Positions 29,575-39,117 of a DNA stretch of 64,000 nt are shown here, one piece after another. Both the position numbers and the translations under genes were made by a program. Location: positions 1-64,000 of the IMG/VR virus record IMGVR_UViG_3300028840_008180. One strand, given 5' to 3'. The notes beneath the pieces are model-generated. The model did no database searches. It saw nothing but the letters and a program-made list of their open reading frames with translations, and had not been told where the DNA came from. Each line of letters begins with the position of its first letter. Position 1 is the first letter of the stretch. The stretch comes from a virus.

Positions 29575-29922
29575 CTATTGGTAGCCAAGCTGATCCCATA
29601 TGAAATCTTCGTTGACGGCCTCGGGTGGCGCATCAACGTCCTGGGGTATCGGCAATGAGCTAATTCTTCCGGCTCGCTTATCTTTCAGAATGTCTCGCAG
29701 ATCAGCGGTGTGGAAGATCATGTTCCATCTTATGGTAAGGTCGGCAACAGGTTCCTTCTCGTTGAAAATCTGTGCTTGTAGTGGTTCGATCATCTTCCTA
29801 AGTCGATCCTTGACATGAATGCCTATGAACTCCCGTGCCCGCATGGACATTTCGTCCAAGATGACCTCCAGTTCCTCATTGGTCAATTCTTTCATTCGTA
29901 CACCTCTTAGATCAGTTCGCAT
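29575..29922 (-). CDS. hypothetical protein
   Basis: Downstream of RNR; true start probably MKELT. Confidence 0.55.
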   Translation of the reverse strand: MRTDLRGVRMKELTNEELEVILDEMSMRAREFIGIHVKDRLRKMIEPLQAQIFNEKEPVADLTIRWNMIFHTADLRDILKDKRAGRISSLPIPQDVDAPPEAVNEDFIWDQLGYQ

Positions 29923-32102
29923 GTCCCGCCTGAGCAGGCAACCTCCTCAAGCGGCTTAGTGTTGTCTTCGAGTTCAACTAACCCCATATAATCTACATCG
30001 ACATAACTGCGTCTCAAATCCAGCCATTTTTTCCAATTATTGACTTCCTTCATCAAATAGGTGCATCGTCGCACGTCTCCATCGCAATATCTGTCGGCGA
30101 ATTGTTTGACTCGTCTGATCCACTCTTCCTTGCGTTTTTGGTGTTCTTCGGTCTCCCCGTGCATCAATTTGCCGTTCAAACCTAATGCGGCATCACAGGC
30201 TGCCCAGAGGTTATCACGAAAGGCAGCTAACCCGTCCACAATGAGACCACTCGCTAGTAACGCTCCATCGCCATAGCGACTCAAAATTTCTCTCGGTGTA
30301 TGTACATTTACCATTGGAGCCTGGGGATAGTCCAGATCACCTGAAACCGGTAGGAGACTAACACCGGCGAACCACTTGCGATTTTTGTAGATAAAGTCGC
30401 AAATGTCGTCCCATTCGTCCTCATGTACGTTGATAGTGTTGCTCACATTATGTGTTAGCCACTCTTGGGTGCAAAGTTCCTTTCTCTTTCCGCCAGCCAC
30501 CCAGTTCTGCTGGGTTGATTTAACGTTCTCTAGTAGTTCAACCGCTGACAGATCGTTCTTCGTCTTCGCTCCGTCAGGCACCTCCACACAAAACGTAATG
30601 ATTTGATCGGTGTCGTTTGCACTCCATACACTCTTCTCACAAGCCTTTGGGTTGTAACCCTCGAAGTGCGTGAAGACCTCCTCCATTTCATTGGCCTGAA
30701 CTCGTCGAAAGTAACGACGGGCGTGGTGCGGGTGAACACCACTAGCCGAACCTAAGATGCAACTGGCGGTGCCTGAGGGCTTGATGCAAGTACACCGTGC
30801 AGCAGGGTTAATACCAATTTTCTTCGCCATCCATTCATTCGTTTCAATGACAAGCTGCGCCATCTCACGTTGTAGTCTGGGGTTGAATGTTACATGGGGA
30901 TTATCTTGCATGCCTGTAACGGATACGCCTAGTAACGCTTCCTTTTGAACAATCTCTTCAGTGACCTCCCCGAGGTATGGGAAAGAAGTGTAACCGGCTT
31001 GAAGTGTTCCTAAGATGGCGGCAGCACGGGCGGCTAGTGCAAAGTCTTCCTTGCATTTCACTTTCTTGCCGTTGATCTCTGAAAGGTTACACATTTGCAC
31101 GCCGCTTTCACCGGTCTTCCAATGCACGGGCCAACCGCCAATTTCAACACACGGGTTCGGCAACTGCTCAGTTGAGTCGCTCCAATAGAACGCAGGTTCG
31201 CCAAACTGCTTGACAGAGTCAATCAGTTTGGCGAACTGCTCCTTCGTCACCTCGCCCCGCACCAACATAGCTGAGTTGTTAGATCGCCCACGTTGTGGAT
31301 TTTCTCTAAACCAGTTCCCCGTCTTGGCTTGGATCATCTCCTCGTCATCGAGTGAGAAGATGCAAATCGAAGCGGAACGTCGCACTCCACCCGACAGTAC
31401 AGCGTCGGACGCATGCATCGTAATGTCGTAAGCGTCGATTGGCCGCAAGTGACTTTGCTTGGTCATGCGATCATCGAGAAGCTCCCGAATAATTTCCAAT
31501 GATCTCTTCAATGGTTCTGGTCCTGGTGCTTTACCTGCGCATGAAGAGAGTGGTGAGCCTGCGGGTCGGATTAACGAGTAATCAAACTTGACTTCACAAT
31601 GTCGAAATTCTGGAAACTCTGGATGGTTGAAGTAACTTGCTAGAAGGACGCCAAGTGCATCAGCCCAACCTTCAATCGAGTCAGGGACTTTGAAGGTTTT
31701 TACTTTTTTCTTTTTAGAAACAAGATCGAATGGTGGTAGCTTTACAACGTGGTGCTTCTGGACGGAAAACCCAACACCAGACCCGCAAAGGAGAAGCCAG
31801 AATGCTTCTTGAAAGAAACGGATGCGGTCGCAAAACGACATTGTACAATTATACAACCTAGCTGGATTTTTCTCGATGGGTCGGCCACCAAACTGTAGTG
31901 CTCGTTGCGAACCGAGTACCCTCTTCTCTTTCATCAACGGTCGTACCCATTCTATTTCCTCTTCAGCTTGTGGGTACCGCCGCAAGTGCATATCCATAAC
32001 TCGATCAACTGCTTCATGCCATGTTTCTCGTCGTCGTTCATCGGAGTTGTATCTTGCGTATTTGCTGTAGTACGTATATTCCTGTAGCGCACGAATTGAC
32101 AT
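29907..32102 (-). CDS. nrdJ: class II (adenosylcobalamin) ribonucleotide reductase, RTPR-like
   Basis: YNC, GSGVGFSV, GGVRRSA, NPCVEI, CNLSE, IKPSGT, terminal ACSGGTCE; no small subunit nearby. Confidence 0.85.
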   Translation of the reverse strand: MSIRALQEYTYYSKYARYNSDERRRETWHEAVDRVMDMHLRRYPQAEEEIEWVRPLMKEKRVLGSQRALQFGGRPIEKNPARLYNCTMSFCDRIRFFQEAFWLLLCGSGVGFSVQKHHVVKLPPFDLVSKKKKVKTFKVPDSIEGWADALGVLLASYFNHPEFPEFRHCEVKFDYSLIRPAGSPLSSCAGKAPGPEPLKRSLEIIRELLDDRMTKQSHLRPIDAYDITMHASDAVLSGGVRRSASICIFSLDDEEMIQAKTGNWFRENPQRGRSNNSAMLVRGEVTKEQFAKLIDSVKQFGEPAFYWSDSTEQLPNPCVEIGGWPVHWKTGESGVQMCNLSEINGKKVKCKEDFALAARAAAILGTLQAGYTSFPYLGEVTEEIVQKEALLGVSVTGMQDNPHVTFNPRLQREMAQLVIETNEWMAKKIGINPAARCTCIKPSGTASCILGSASGVHPHHARRYFRRVQANEMEEVFTHFEGYNPKACEKSVWSANDTDQIITFCVEVPDGAKTKNDLSAVELLENVKSTQQNWVAGGKRKELCTQEWLTHNVSNTINVHEDEWDDICDFIYKNRKWFAGVSLLPVSGDLDYPQAPMVNVHTPREILSRYGDGALLASGLIVDGLAAFRDNLWAACDAALGLNGKLMHGETEEHQKRKEEWIRRVKQFADRYCDGDVRRCTYLMKEVNNWKKWLDLRRSYVDVDYMGLVELEDNTKPLEEVACSGGTCELI

Positions 32103-32250
32103 CTCTTTCTATCCTTCTAATTCTTGTGTGATCCCATTGAAGCGTAGAGATATGTAACAAATTCCATCCAAAAAATTGCACTTATTATGCGGTTAATTTT
32201 AGGTTAATAGGTTAATACAAAAATGTGGCTAAAACAGGTAAAAAAAGCCA

Positions 32251-35200
32251 CTAACCGATCCTTCTGGTGAAGCCATTTTGCTTCTGTACCATGATGGTTC
32301 TGACACCATCAAGCATCTGTCGAAGATGGGTGTTGTGAGTAACAACAAAGACTTGTTTTTCCTTCGCCAACTCACAGATAGTTTGGTAGATGCTTCTCAC
32401 TCCTCGCTGGTCGATACTGTCAGAAACCTCGTCAAGGAAAACGAGGGATGGCCATGTTCCACTAGAGAACATCATTACATGAGCAAACGCCTGGGAGATA
32501 GCTAGGTTGATCCGTTTTCGCTCACCACCACATGTGACAGAGTAGCTGTAAGCTTTGCCCTTAATAGGCTTGATGGTGGCATCTAAATGTCCATCGAAAC
32601 TGACCTCCATGCGGCCATCCATCAGGTGTTCCATCCAGTAAGCAATCCTTGCGTTCAATGCCGGTGTAATACCTTCGATGATATAAGAGCGAATACCATT
32701 TGGGCCGAATACTTTGATTGCATACTTGTAGTAGGGAATGATTTCTTCTGTCGCCTTTACCTTGACATCTTGATCTTCCTTCTTCTCGATGATTTCGATA
32801 AGGTCTTTGCGAGCTTGTTTCAGAATCTCTACGTAAGGACCACCATCAACTAGTTCATCCTCCTTAGCTTGAATGCTTCTTTCTGTTTGAGACAGCTTTT
32901 CCTTCAGCACCAGTTCTGTTGAGGTGAGGTCAGGTCGTTGCACGCCCCCAAGCTCTTCCAGTCGACTCTTGTCGTTTTGAATCGATTTCTTGATTGCATT
33001 CAGTTTGATACCAGCAATCCTCTTGAGTTCAGCTAGTTTGGCTAACGTTCCTTCATACTTTGCGATCTCAAGTTTGATGCTATCCTTCCGGACTTCATTA
33101 GCATTGATCTTTGGTTCCAAATGGTCGATCTTATTGTTGTGAAGTTTGATCACATGCTTGTAGTGTTGTTTGTTAATAGGTCCATAACAGTGCGGGCACT
33201 TGGCACCTTCGGGAAGCTTATTGAGTTTAGCGATCTCTCCCTTGCACTTCTCACGTTCCTTTATCATGTCCCGCATTTCACGATCTAGCGATTTGTAGCT
33301 AAGTTTCAACTCGTGAATCTTCAAGGAGACCTTGTTGTGATTCTCTTTGGTTTTCTGGAGCGCCTCATCCATGTTGGTCTCTTTAACGTCCTTATCAGCC
33401 AACCCATCTTGAATCGCCACAATTTCATTTTGTGCCCCTTCGTATTCGAGCAACGCCGAGCCGATATCCGTATTTCCGATTTGACCTTTGAGGACTTCGA
33501 TTTGACCTTTGAGGGTCTCAATATCTTTGAGACAGTTAGCACGCCACGCTTTGTTTTGTTGCTCAACTTGCGAAATACGATCAAGGCACGACGCTTCCGA
33601 TTCCTTGATCTGTTCGTAGGCGGTCATAAGCGATTTCAATTCCGCCTCGGTTGCTTTCAACTCCTTCTTAGCGGTCTCCAAGTAGTCGTTGTAGACTTCA
33701 AGTGACAGAAGGTTCTCGGCAATCGCTCGCTGCTCTTTTGAATCACACTCCAGAAAGTTGTATTCGTTGTGCTGTCCAAAGCAGACGACGTTCACAAATG
33801 CTTTGTGATTCATCTTGAGGATTTCTTCAATTCGCTTCTGCGTGGGTATCTGCCCACCACGACTATCCTCGTTGTTGTTCTTGGCTGGAGCATCAATCCA
33901 TGGTGGGCCTCCTTGCCACAATCGGACAGTGTCGGGTTGTCGGGTGCGGACAATCCGGTACCGTACATCGTCGATGCTGAAGATGATCTCAACCTCAAGC
34001 TTCTTACCTGTCCGGTTGTGGATGGCATCTGTATGCTTAACCTTCTTCCTAATGGTGTTACCATACAAACCGTAGACAACCATTTCGGCTATGGTGGAGT
34101 TATGTACAACAGTAAAATCGGCCAAGAGAAACAAGTGGTTACCGTCAGTTTGGAAACCATAGTAATTTCCGGTGCCTATTGGTTGTACCGAAATACCTAC
34201 CGTTAGCGGGTCTTTGGATTTAGATGTAGGTTGACAAGTTTTACGTGGTACTCTGGTTGGTATTTTTGAACAGTCGCCGCCAATATGAACTCGCCAGTAA
34301 GTTCCGGTTGCTCCCGTTTGACATTTTTTTTGACATTCTTTGGGGTAAGCTGAGAAGCCTAATGATCTAGCGAGGTAAGCGACATCAAATACTAACTTCT
34401 TGTTCTTATTTACAAACTCGAAACAGCCGCCGTTAAGGTGCCCATCCGAGTCCATGAGTCCAGCTAAAAGCTCCAAACGTACTTGTCTTGAATTAGCCTT
34501 GTATTGTAAGGGCACATGTTTGTTGTCTATTAGCTGGTAAGACTTAAGGTCTTTTAGTAAAGAGTTACAATTACGTGGGAAGCAATCTTTGGGTGATGTG
34601 GCTTTATGCTCCATTTGAAGCCATTTACGAACTCTGTCTATCGACCGCCACACAGCGGCAACACTCGGTTTCTCCTCTTGGTACCTAGAACAGTACTTCG
34701 GATATGATTTTCCAGCCTTCGTGGCAATTTCACTATAACACGCACCATTGAGATGTTGGTTGTAAATGAAAAACTCCGGAGGGTCGGGGCGAGCATCTAA
34801 ATTATCACTATGAATGGCTAGGTGCGGAACATCTTTTGAGTTCTTAAATTCACGAACTTGTAAGTTGCGTGATGCTGCCTCGGTCTTCACCACTTCGTGT
34901 ACCACCGAGTCAATGTTTGTAATAATGGTTCCGGTCGAATTTCCGTCCCCCAACCAAATACCCAAAAAATACGGATCGATTCTTATTGGAGCCTTAGGAA
35001 AATCTACTGCTGTTCTGTAACCGCCCATTAAGTGCTTAAACGTCTTTGATTGTTTGAGGTAATCCTTGACGCTGATATTGAATATTGAAGAGTCCTCTTT
35101 GCTTGCGAATTTCGATTTGCTATACCGGTTGTACTTTTTGTCCTTAGTTTTCAACGTTAATATATGAGATTCGTTCACTACATACGAGTCTCCTTTGTTA

Positions 35201-35547
35201 GGAATGACCCGGTATAGTGGTTCTCGACCACGAGCTAACTTAAGCACTTTGCGGGGTGACGAATCATTTCCCATCACCTCATCGCCCACGACTATATCCT
35301 CTACCTTTTTGATAGTTCCATCATACATTAAGATGGGTGTGCCCTTACCAAAACATTTCCCCGCAGCATTCGAGTGGTACTCATTGCCTGATTCGCTACA
35401 CTCAAGTTCGTCCCACTCATCTTCATCGTGTAGGTCGAGATTACGACCTTTGATAAGAACGATGTTACCCAGTTCTGTGAAATTTATTTCGATAGGTTCT
35501 TCGCCGATGCAAAAGAAGTTCTTTGCACGGATGTATTCAATTCTCAT
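32251..35547 (-). CDS. SbcC/Rad50-like ATPase, T4 gp46-like, with intein
   Basis: Split Walker A SNAAGK|ST; Q-loop FGQ; CPHC hook; signature CGGE; Walker B FLDE; H-loop VTH. Confidence 0.92.
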   Translation of the reverse strand: MRIEYIRAKNFFCIGEEPIEINFTELGNIVLIKGRNLDLHDEDEWDELECSESGNEYHSNAAGKCFGKGTPILMYDGTIKKVEDIVVGDEVMGNDSSPRKVLKLARGREPLYRVIPNKGDSYVVNESHILTLKTKDKKYNRYSKSKFASKEDSSIFNISVKDYLKQSKTFKHLMGGYRTAVDFPKAPIRIDPYFLGIWLGDGNSTGTIITNIDSVVHEVVKTEAASRNLQVREFKNSKDVPHLAIHSDNLDARPDPPEFFIYNQHLNGACYSEIATKAGKSYPKYCSRYQEEKPSVAAVWRSIDRVRKWLQMEHKATSPKDCFPRNCNSLLKDLKSYQLIDNKHVPLQYKANSRQVRLELLAGLMDSDGHLNGGCFEFVNKNKKLVFDVAYLARSLGFSAYPKECQKKCQTGATGTYWRVHIGGDCSKIPTRVPRKTCQPTSKSKDPLTVGISVQPIGTGNYYGFQTDGNHLFLLADFTVVHNSTIAEMVVYGLYGNTIRKKVKHTDAIHNRTGKKLEVEIIFSIDDVRYRIVRTRQPDTVRLWQGGPPWIDAPAKNNNEDSRGGQIPTQKRIEEILKMNHKAFVNVVCFGQHNEYNFLECDSKEQRAIAENLLSLEVYNDYLETAKKELKATEAELKSLMTAYEQIKESEASCLDRISQVEQQNKAWRANCLKDIETLKGQIEVLKGQIGNTDIGSALLEYEGAQNEIVAIQDGLADKDVKETNMDEALQKTKENHNKVSLKIHELKLSYKSLDREMRDMIKEREKCKGEIAKLNKLPEGAKCPHCYGPINKQHYKHVIKLHNNKIDHLEPKINANEVRKDSIKLEIAKYEGTLAKLAELKRIAGIKLNAIKKSIQNDKSRLEELGGVQRPDLTSTELVLKEKLSQTERSIQAKEDELVDGGPYVEILKQARKDLIEIIEKKEDQDVKVKATEEIIPYYKYAIKVFGPNGIRSYIIEGITPALNARIAYWMEHLMDGRMEVSFDGHLDATIKPIKGKAYSYSVTCGGERKRINLAISQAFAHVMMFSSGTWPSLVFLDEVSDSIDQRGVRSIYQTICELAKEKQVFVVTHNTHLRQMLDGVRTIMVQKQNGFTRRIG
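34099..35355 (-). mobile_element. intein (419 aa) with LAGLIDADG homing endonuclease
   Basis: Starts CFGKGTPILMYDG; block B ESHIL; LGIWLGDG and LAGLMDSDG; ends VVHN followed by Ser. Confidence 0.93.
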
Positions 35548-36623
35548 TCAACTTGACTCTTTTCGCAAATGTTCTTCAAAGTTGCCAGTAACTTATCAAA
35601 GTCAAGTCCTTTTGGAACTCCCTTCTCTTTGATGTATTCTTCTAGCATTTCTTCTTGGCCGCACGCAACAATGCGTTGTACGTCCTCAATCTTGTGCCTC
35701 GTTTTTACATCCTCTTTTCCCTTGGGTGAAGAAAACTCGAATGTGAGGATGTTGTGACTCTCCATCAAATCCTTTTTGAGGTCAACAAGATTTGTTGCAG
35801 AGATATCCTTTGGTTCCAACTTGATGAACGTGTTATCAAGGTCAAACGTCTCAAGTTCACTCTCCTTGACGATGAGATGCTTTGGTGAAAAGTCGTTGAT
35901 CACATAATCCGTCTCTAACGTTTCTGTGTCCAACAATACCAAGTGCTTCTCTTGGAAGGCTTCTGCGAAATTGATCTCTAGTGGAGACCCAACATATTCG
36001 ATGTTGTCGATTCGTTGGGCAGCGTGGTAGTGACCGAGGAAAACTCGTCTCCACGGTCGGAACTTCTCCGCATCAACATTCACCATGTCTCCCTCATATT
36101 CCACTGACACATCTGCGTGTGTTTTGTAGAACGTATTCAACTGGGCTCCGTGCAATGCAATGTGACCGCACAATACAGGAGACTGGCTATATGCGAAATG
36201 CTCTAGTTCGTCGAGGGGATTCAACGTGAATGGTAGGAAGTCAATGTCCAGACCTTCAATGTTGATCGTTTCACATTTAGTGATGATGTTAACGTTGGGG
36301 ATCGATCCGAGAGGGATGATGCTACTGATGTCAAGCTTGTCAGCGAACCACATATCATGGTTGCCGATTAACATGTGAAGCTTGAGAGGGGACCCTTCTT
36401 CGCCAACATACTTTTTGATGATTTCGTACGTGCGTTGATAAGGTAAGACCTGAATCTTTTCACGGTCTTGAAAAAGGTCACCAAGAAAGATGATGTGATG
36501 CGCTTCTTTTTCGAGCGCAGTTTCAAAAACCCATTTCAGAGCATCGAGACAGTGCTGCAAACGTCTGAGACTGTCTTTGTGTGCGGCAACATGAATGTCA
36601 CCTGTCAGTAAAACCTTTGCCAT
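35544..36623 (-). CDS. SbcD/Mre11-like nuclease, T4 gp47-like
   Basis: GDIH, GDLF, GNHD, GHYH, YVGSP; coupled to gp46. Confidence 0.92.
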   Translation of the reverse strand: MAKVLLTGDIHVAAHKDSLRRLQHCLDALKWVFETALEKEAHHIIFLGDLFQDREKIQVLPYQRTYEIIKKYVGEEGSPLKLHMLIGNHDMWFADKLDISSIIPLGSIPNVNIITKCETINIEGLDIDFLPFTLNPLDELEHFAYSQSPVLCGHIALHGAQLNTFYKTHADVSVEYEGDMVNVDAEKFRPWRRVFLGHYHAAQRIDNIEYVGSPLEINFAEAFQEKHLVLLDTETLETDYVINDFSPKHLIVKESELETFDLDNTFIKLEPKDISATNLVDLKKDLMESHNILTFEFSSPKGKEDVKTRHKIEDVQRIVACGQEEMLEEYIKEKGVPKGLDFDKLLATLKNICEKSQVE

Positions 36624-37162
36624 TAGAATCCTGGGCCAATACCTGGAGGTCCACCCATCCCAGGTCCTGCCGCAGGTCCGCCCATCGGGGCAGGTCCCAT
36701 CGGTGCTCCACCCATCGGCGGTGCGCCGGGCGGTGTTGGCGGTGGTGCCATACCCGGCTGCTCTGCACCAGGGGCAGGAGCTTGGGGAGGAGGAGTTTCT
36801 CCACTATCTTTAGTATCGGCAATAGGCTCCCCAGACAATAGTTTTTCTAACAAAGACCAGACATCTTTTGCATTGAGTTCTTGCTGTGGTGCTGCGGCCT
36901 GTCCTGGGGCCCCAGGAGGCCCGCCTAAGCCCGGTCCACCAAGCGGAGGTCCACCTAGTCCGCCGCCGCCCATTGGCGGTGGAGGGCCTCCTAAGCCGCC
37001 TAATGGCCTTCCTCCAAGACCACCACCCATTGGTTTCGGTCCACCAAGTCCTCCCGGTGGTGCGCCAGGGGGTGGTAAAGGAGCGCCAGCACCAAGACCC
37101 CCCGGAGGAGGTCCGCCTAGCGGCTGTTCGTTGATCTGTTTTATGAACGCTTTGAATCGCAT
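36623..37162 (-). CDS. Pro/Gly-rich low-complexity protein
   Basis: Start MRFKAFIKQINE after a TATATAC motif; GGLGGPPP repeats around one helix, DVWSLLEKLLSG. Confidence 0.65.
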   Translation of the reverse strand: MRFKAFIKQINEQPLGGPPPGGLGAGAPLPPPGAPPGGLGGPKPMGGGLGGRPLGGLGGPPPPMGGGGLGGPPLGGPGLGGPPGAPGQAAAPQQELNAKDVWSLLEKLLSGEPIADTKDSGETPPPQAPAPGAEQPGMAPPPTPPGAPPMGGAPMGPAPMGGPAAGPGMGGPPGIGPGF

Positions 37163-37333
37163 GTCGTATATATGCAAAGAATTTTCGATATTCGAGCGAA
37201 CATTTTGGGTCCGAGGAGCGTCTATGATAGTACTCCGGTGTAAAAGTGCGACAACTGACGGTTGTCTTAACATCGAGAGGAAAAATACTTCCCGGCGTTC
37301 CAGTGGGATGTCGGGCCAAAAATGAGGAATACG

Positions 37334-37414
37334 ATGAGAACTCTATTGTCCAGTTTGTTTAGTCTCAGCCTGTTATCATCGCTCTATAGCGATGGAATTG
37401 GAGGGTCTGTCTAA
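37334..37414 (+). CDS. putative attenuator leader peptide MRTLLSSLFSLSLLSSLYSDGIGGSV; absent from the ORF track
   Basis: SD GAGG 6 nt upstream; codons 4-19 only Leu/Ser/Phe/Tyr; terminator about 25 nt after the stop. Confidence 0.8.
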   Translation: MRTLLSSLFSLSLLSSLYSDGIGGSV

Positions 37415-37437
37415 GCAGTCTTGGACATACGGGGAAC

Positions 37438-37482
37438 AAAAAACCCCTTCGGCCCTCTCAGGAGAGCCGAAGGGGTTTTTTT
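37438..37482 (+). terminator. intrinsic terminator (attenuator) ahead of the tRNA operon
   Basis: AAAAAACCCCTTCGGC...GCCGAAGGGGTTTTTTT. Confidence 0.9.
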
Positions 37483-37591
37483 ATTGGTGTGATATGAAGC
37501 CGAAAGCGACAAAACCGAAGCGAAAGCGAAAAAAGAAGTCGTTGGATCACAAAGAGGCTGCGGAGACAGCCGATTGGTCGGCAGACAAAAA

Positions 37592-37665
37592 GGTACGGTA
37601 GCTCAGTCCGGTAGAGCACTTGGTTGAAGCCCAGGGTGTCGTCGGTTCAATTCCGACCCGTGCCA
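37592..37665 (+). tRNA. tRNA-Phe(GAA)
   Basis: Cloverleaf; loop TTGAAGC; T-arm GGTTCAATTCC; no CCA. Confidence 0.9.
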
Positions 37666-37743
37666 CTTGCGGGAATGCCCGAAGGGATTACATTTCCAGA
37701 AAAGATGGTGACAGTCTCTTCATTGTTTTGTCCCGCACAAGTT

Positions 37744-37757
37744 TGATCTTTGACAAT
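37744..37757 (+). promoter_or_regulatory. boxA-like antitermination element
   Basis: TGATCTTTGACAAT versus rrn boxA TGCTCTTTAACA. Confidence 0.6.
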
Positions 37758-37815
37758 TTGGTAAACTCAGTGATCTTCGTGCCAAATCCAGGGCGTGCGA
37801 AAGTGCGCCCTATTT

Positions 37816-37897
37816 GGGTCGGCATCCCATTGGTGAGGGAAGCAGTCTGTAAAACTGTGGTCTAACGACTTTGGTGGTTCAATTCCACCCCGGCCCA
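37816..37897 (+). tRNA. tRNA-Tyr(GTA)
   Basis: Loop CTGTAAA; long variable arm; C at position 8. Confidence 0.8.
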
Positions 37898-37903
37898 CTT
37901 AAG

Positions 37904-38269
37904 CTATGATTGATCGGCTTGCCACGGCATGCCGGTGTATTTGGCAAACTCCTCATCGGACATTTGGTCACCCAGCTTGGTCGGATTGTAGCCGAGGGAC
38001 TTGAGACGCCACATTTCGGCCTCTACGTCTTCGGCACCATGACGGGCCATATCGTCCCAGTGAAGTGTTTTGAGTTCGGGAGATTCGCTAGCGTTCATTA
38101 CGTCGCCGCCGAAATCGTCTGCTGCGTTGTGAAGCTGGTACTCGGGTGGGGGAACATCACCAAGAGAGCGATTTGTTTGATCTACGGTGTTTATCTCACC
38201 GGTGTTATCATCCGGCTCCGAGTCGGACTGATTTTCCATTCGGTCGTGGTAACTTTGAAAACTGAACAT
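37904..38269 (-). CDS. acidic hypothetical protein, antisense within the tRNA operon
   Basis: 121 aa; TATATAC just upstream. Confidence 0.6.
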   Translation of the reverse strand: MFSFQSYHDRMENQSDSEPDDNTGEINTVDQTNRSLGDVPPPEYQLHNAADDFGGDVMNASESPELKTLHWDDMARHGAEDVEAEMWRLKSLGYNPTKLGDQMSDEEFAKYTGMPWQADQS

Positions 38270-38304
38270 GGGGGTATATAGCTGCTAGCTCGATAAATAG
38301 ATCG

Positions 38305-38904
38305 ATGCGATACAGCCAATTTGGACAAGATGAGTGGGTTCTGAAGACCATCCCTGATGGGAAGTACTTCGTGGATATCGGCGCAGGCGACGGCATTAGA
38401 TTCAGCAACACGTTTGCCCTTGAGCGGGCCGGTTGGAAAGGTATCTGCGTCGAACCCCACTTGGCACAATACAGAAAGCTGCGGCAAAACAGGAGATGCC
38501 ACCGGTGCCGCTACGCAGTAGCGGCACGAAGCAACACGATGGTGCCCTTTTGGGAAGGCTTGGGTGGCCTCAACGGACTGTCGGGAATAGTGGGATATTT
38601 TCAAGATGACCATCGGCGAAACCCATCAAAGGGCCGAATAGTAGCCAGGAAGACAATATCGCTGGTTGATCTTTTGAAGAAGTTCGGCGCACCTGAGGCA
38701 ATCGACTATCTAAGCATCGACACAGAGAACTCTGAATACATGATCTTGAAGGCTTTCGATTTCTCATACACCTTCAAGAGTATCACGATTGAGCACAACA
38801 ACCTCGAAAAGAAGCGTGAGGCAACGAAGAGGTTGCTCGAATCTCACGGTTACAAACGAGTTGGTATACTTGAGGTCGACGACCTATATCTTTACGATCA
38901 CTAG
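38305..38904 (+). CDS. FkbM-family methyltransferase
   Basis: YSQFGQD, FVDIGAGDG..FSNT, GWKGICVEP, IDYLSIDTE. Confidence 0.9.
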   Translation: MRYSQFGQDEWVLKTIPDGKYFVDIGAGDGIRFSNTFALERAGWKGICVEPHLAQYRKLRQNRRCHRCRYAVAARSNTMVPFWEGLGGLNGLSGIVGYFQDDHRRNPSKGRIVARKTISLVDLLKKFGAPEAIDYLSIDTENSEYMILKAFDFSYTFKSITIEHNNLEKKREATKRLLESHGYKRVGILEVDDLYLYDH

Positions 38905-38986
38905 GCCCTGTGGTGGAATGCTAGACACGGCTGGCTTAAACCCAGTTGCCCGTATGGGCGTGCAGGTTGGAATCCTGCCAGGGCTA
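38904..38986 (+). tRNA. tRNA-Leu(TAA)
   Basis: Loop CTTAAAC; long variable arm; atypical T-loop TTGGAAT. Confidence 0.8.
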
Positions 38987-39117
38987 CTTGTTTTCACACG
39001 AAATCACTAACGAAAGGAGAAACACTCGGTTCCTGATGCTCTGGCGGCTGCGTAGGCCGAAAAGATCAGAGATTGGGCAGACGGGCCGATTCACCCCCAA
39101 CACTGTTGGAGGTTATC

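Noticed and set aside
32200-32235. NrdR boxes upstream of the RNR gene
   Set aside because: Poor match to the 16-bp palindrome and no tandem pair.
37392-37601. 69-aa ORF in the track spanning the terminator
   Set aside because: Runs through the terminator and into tRNA-Phe, with no SD; the 37334 leader explains the region better.
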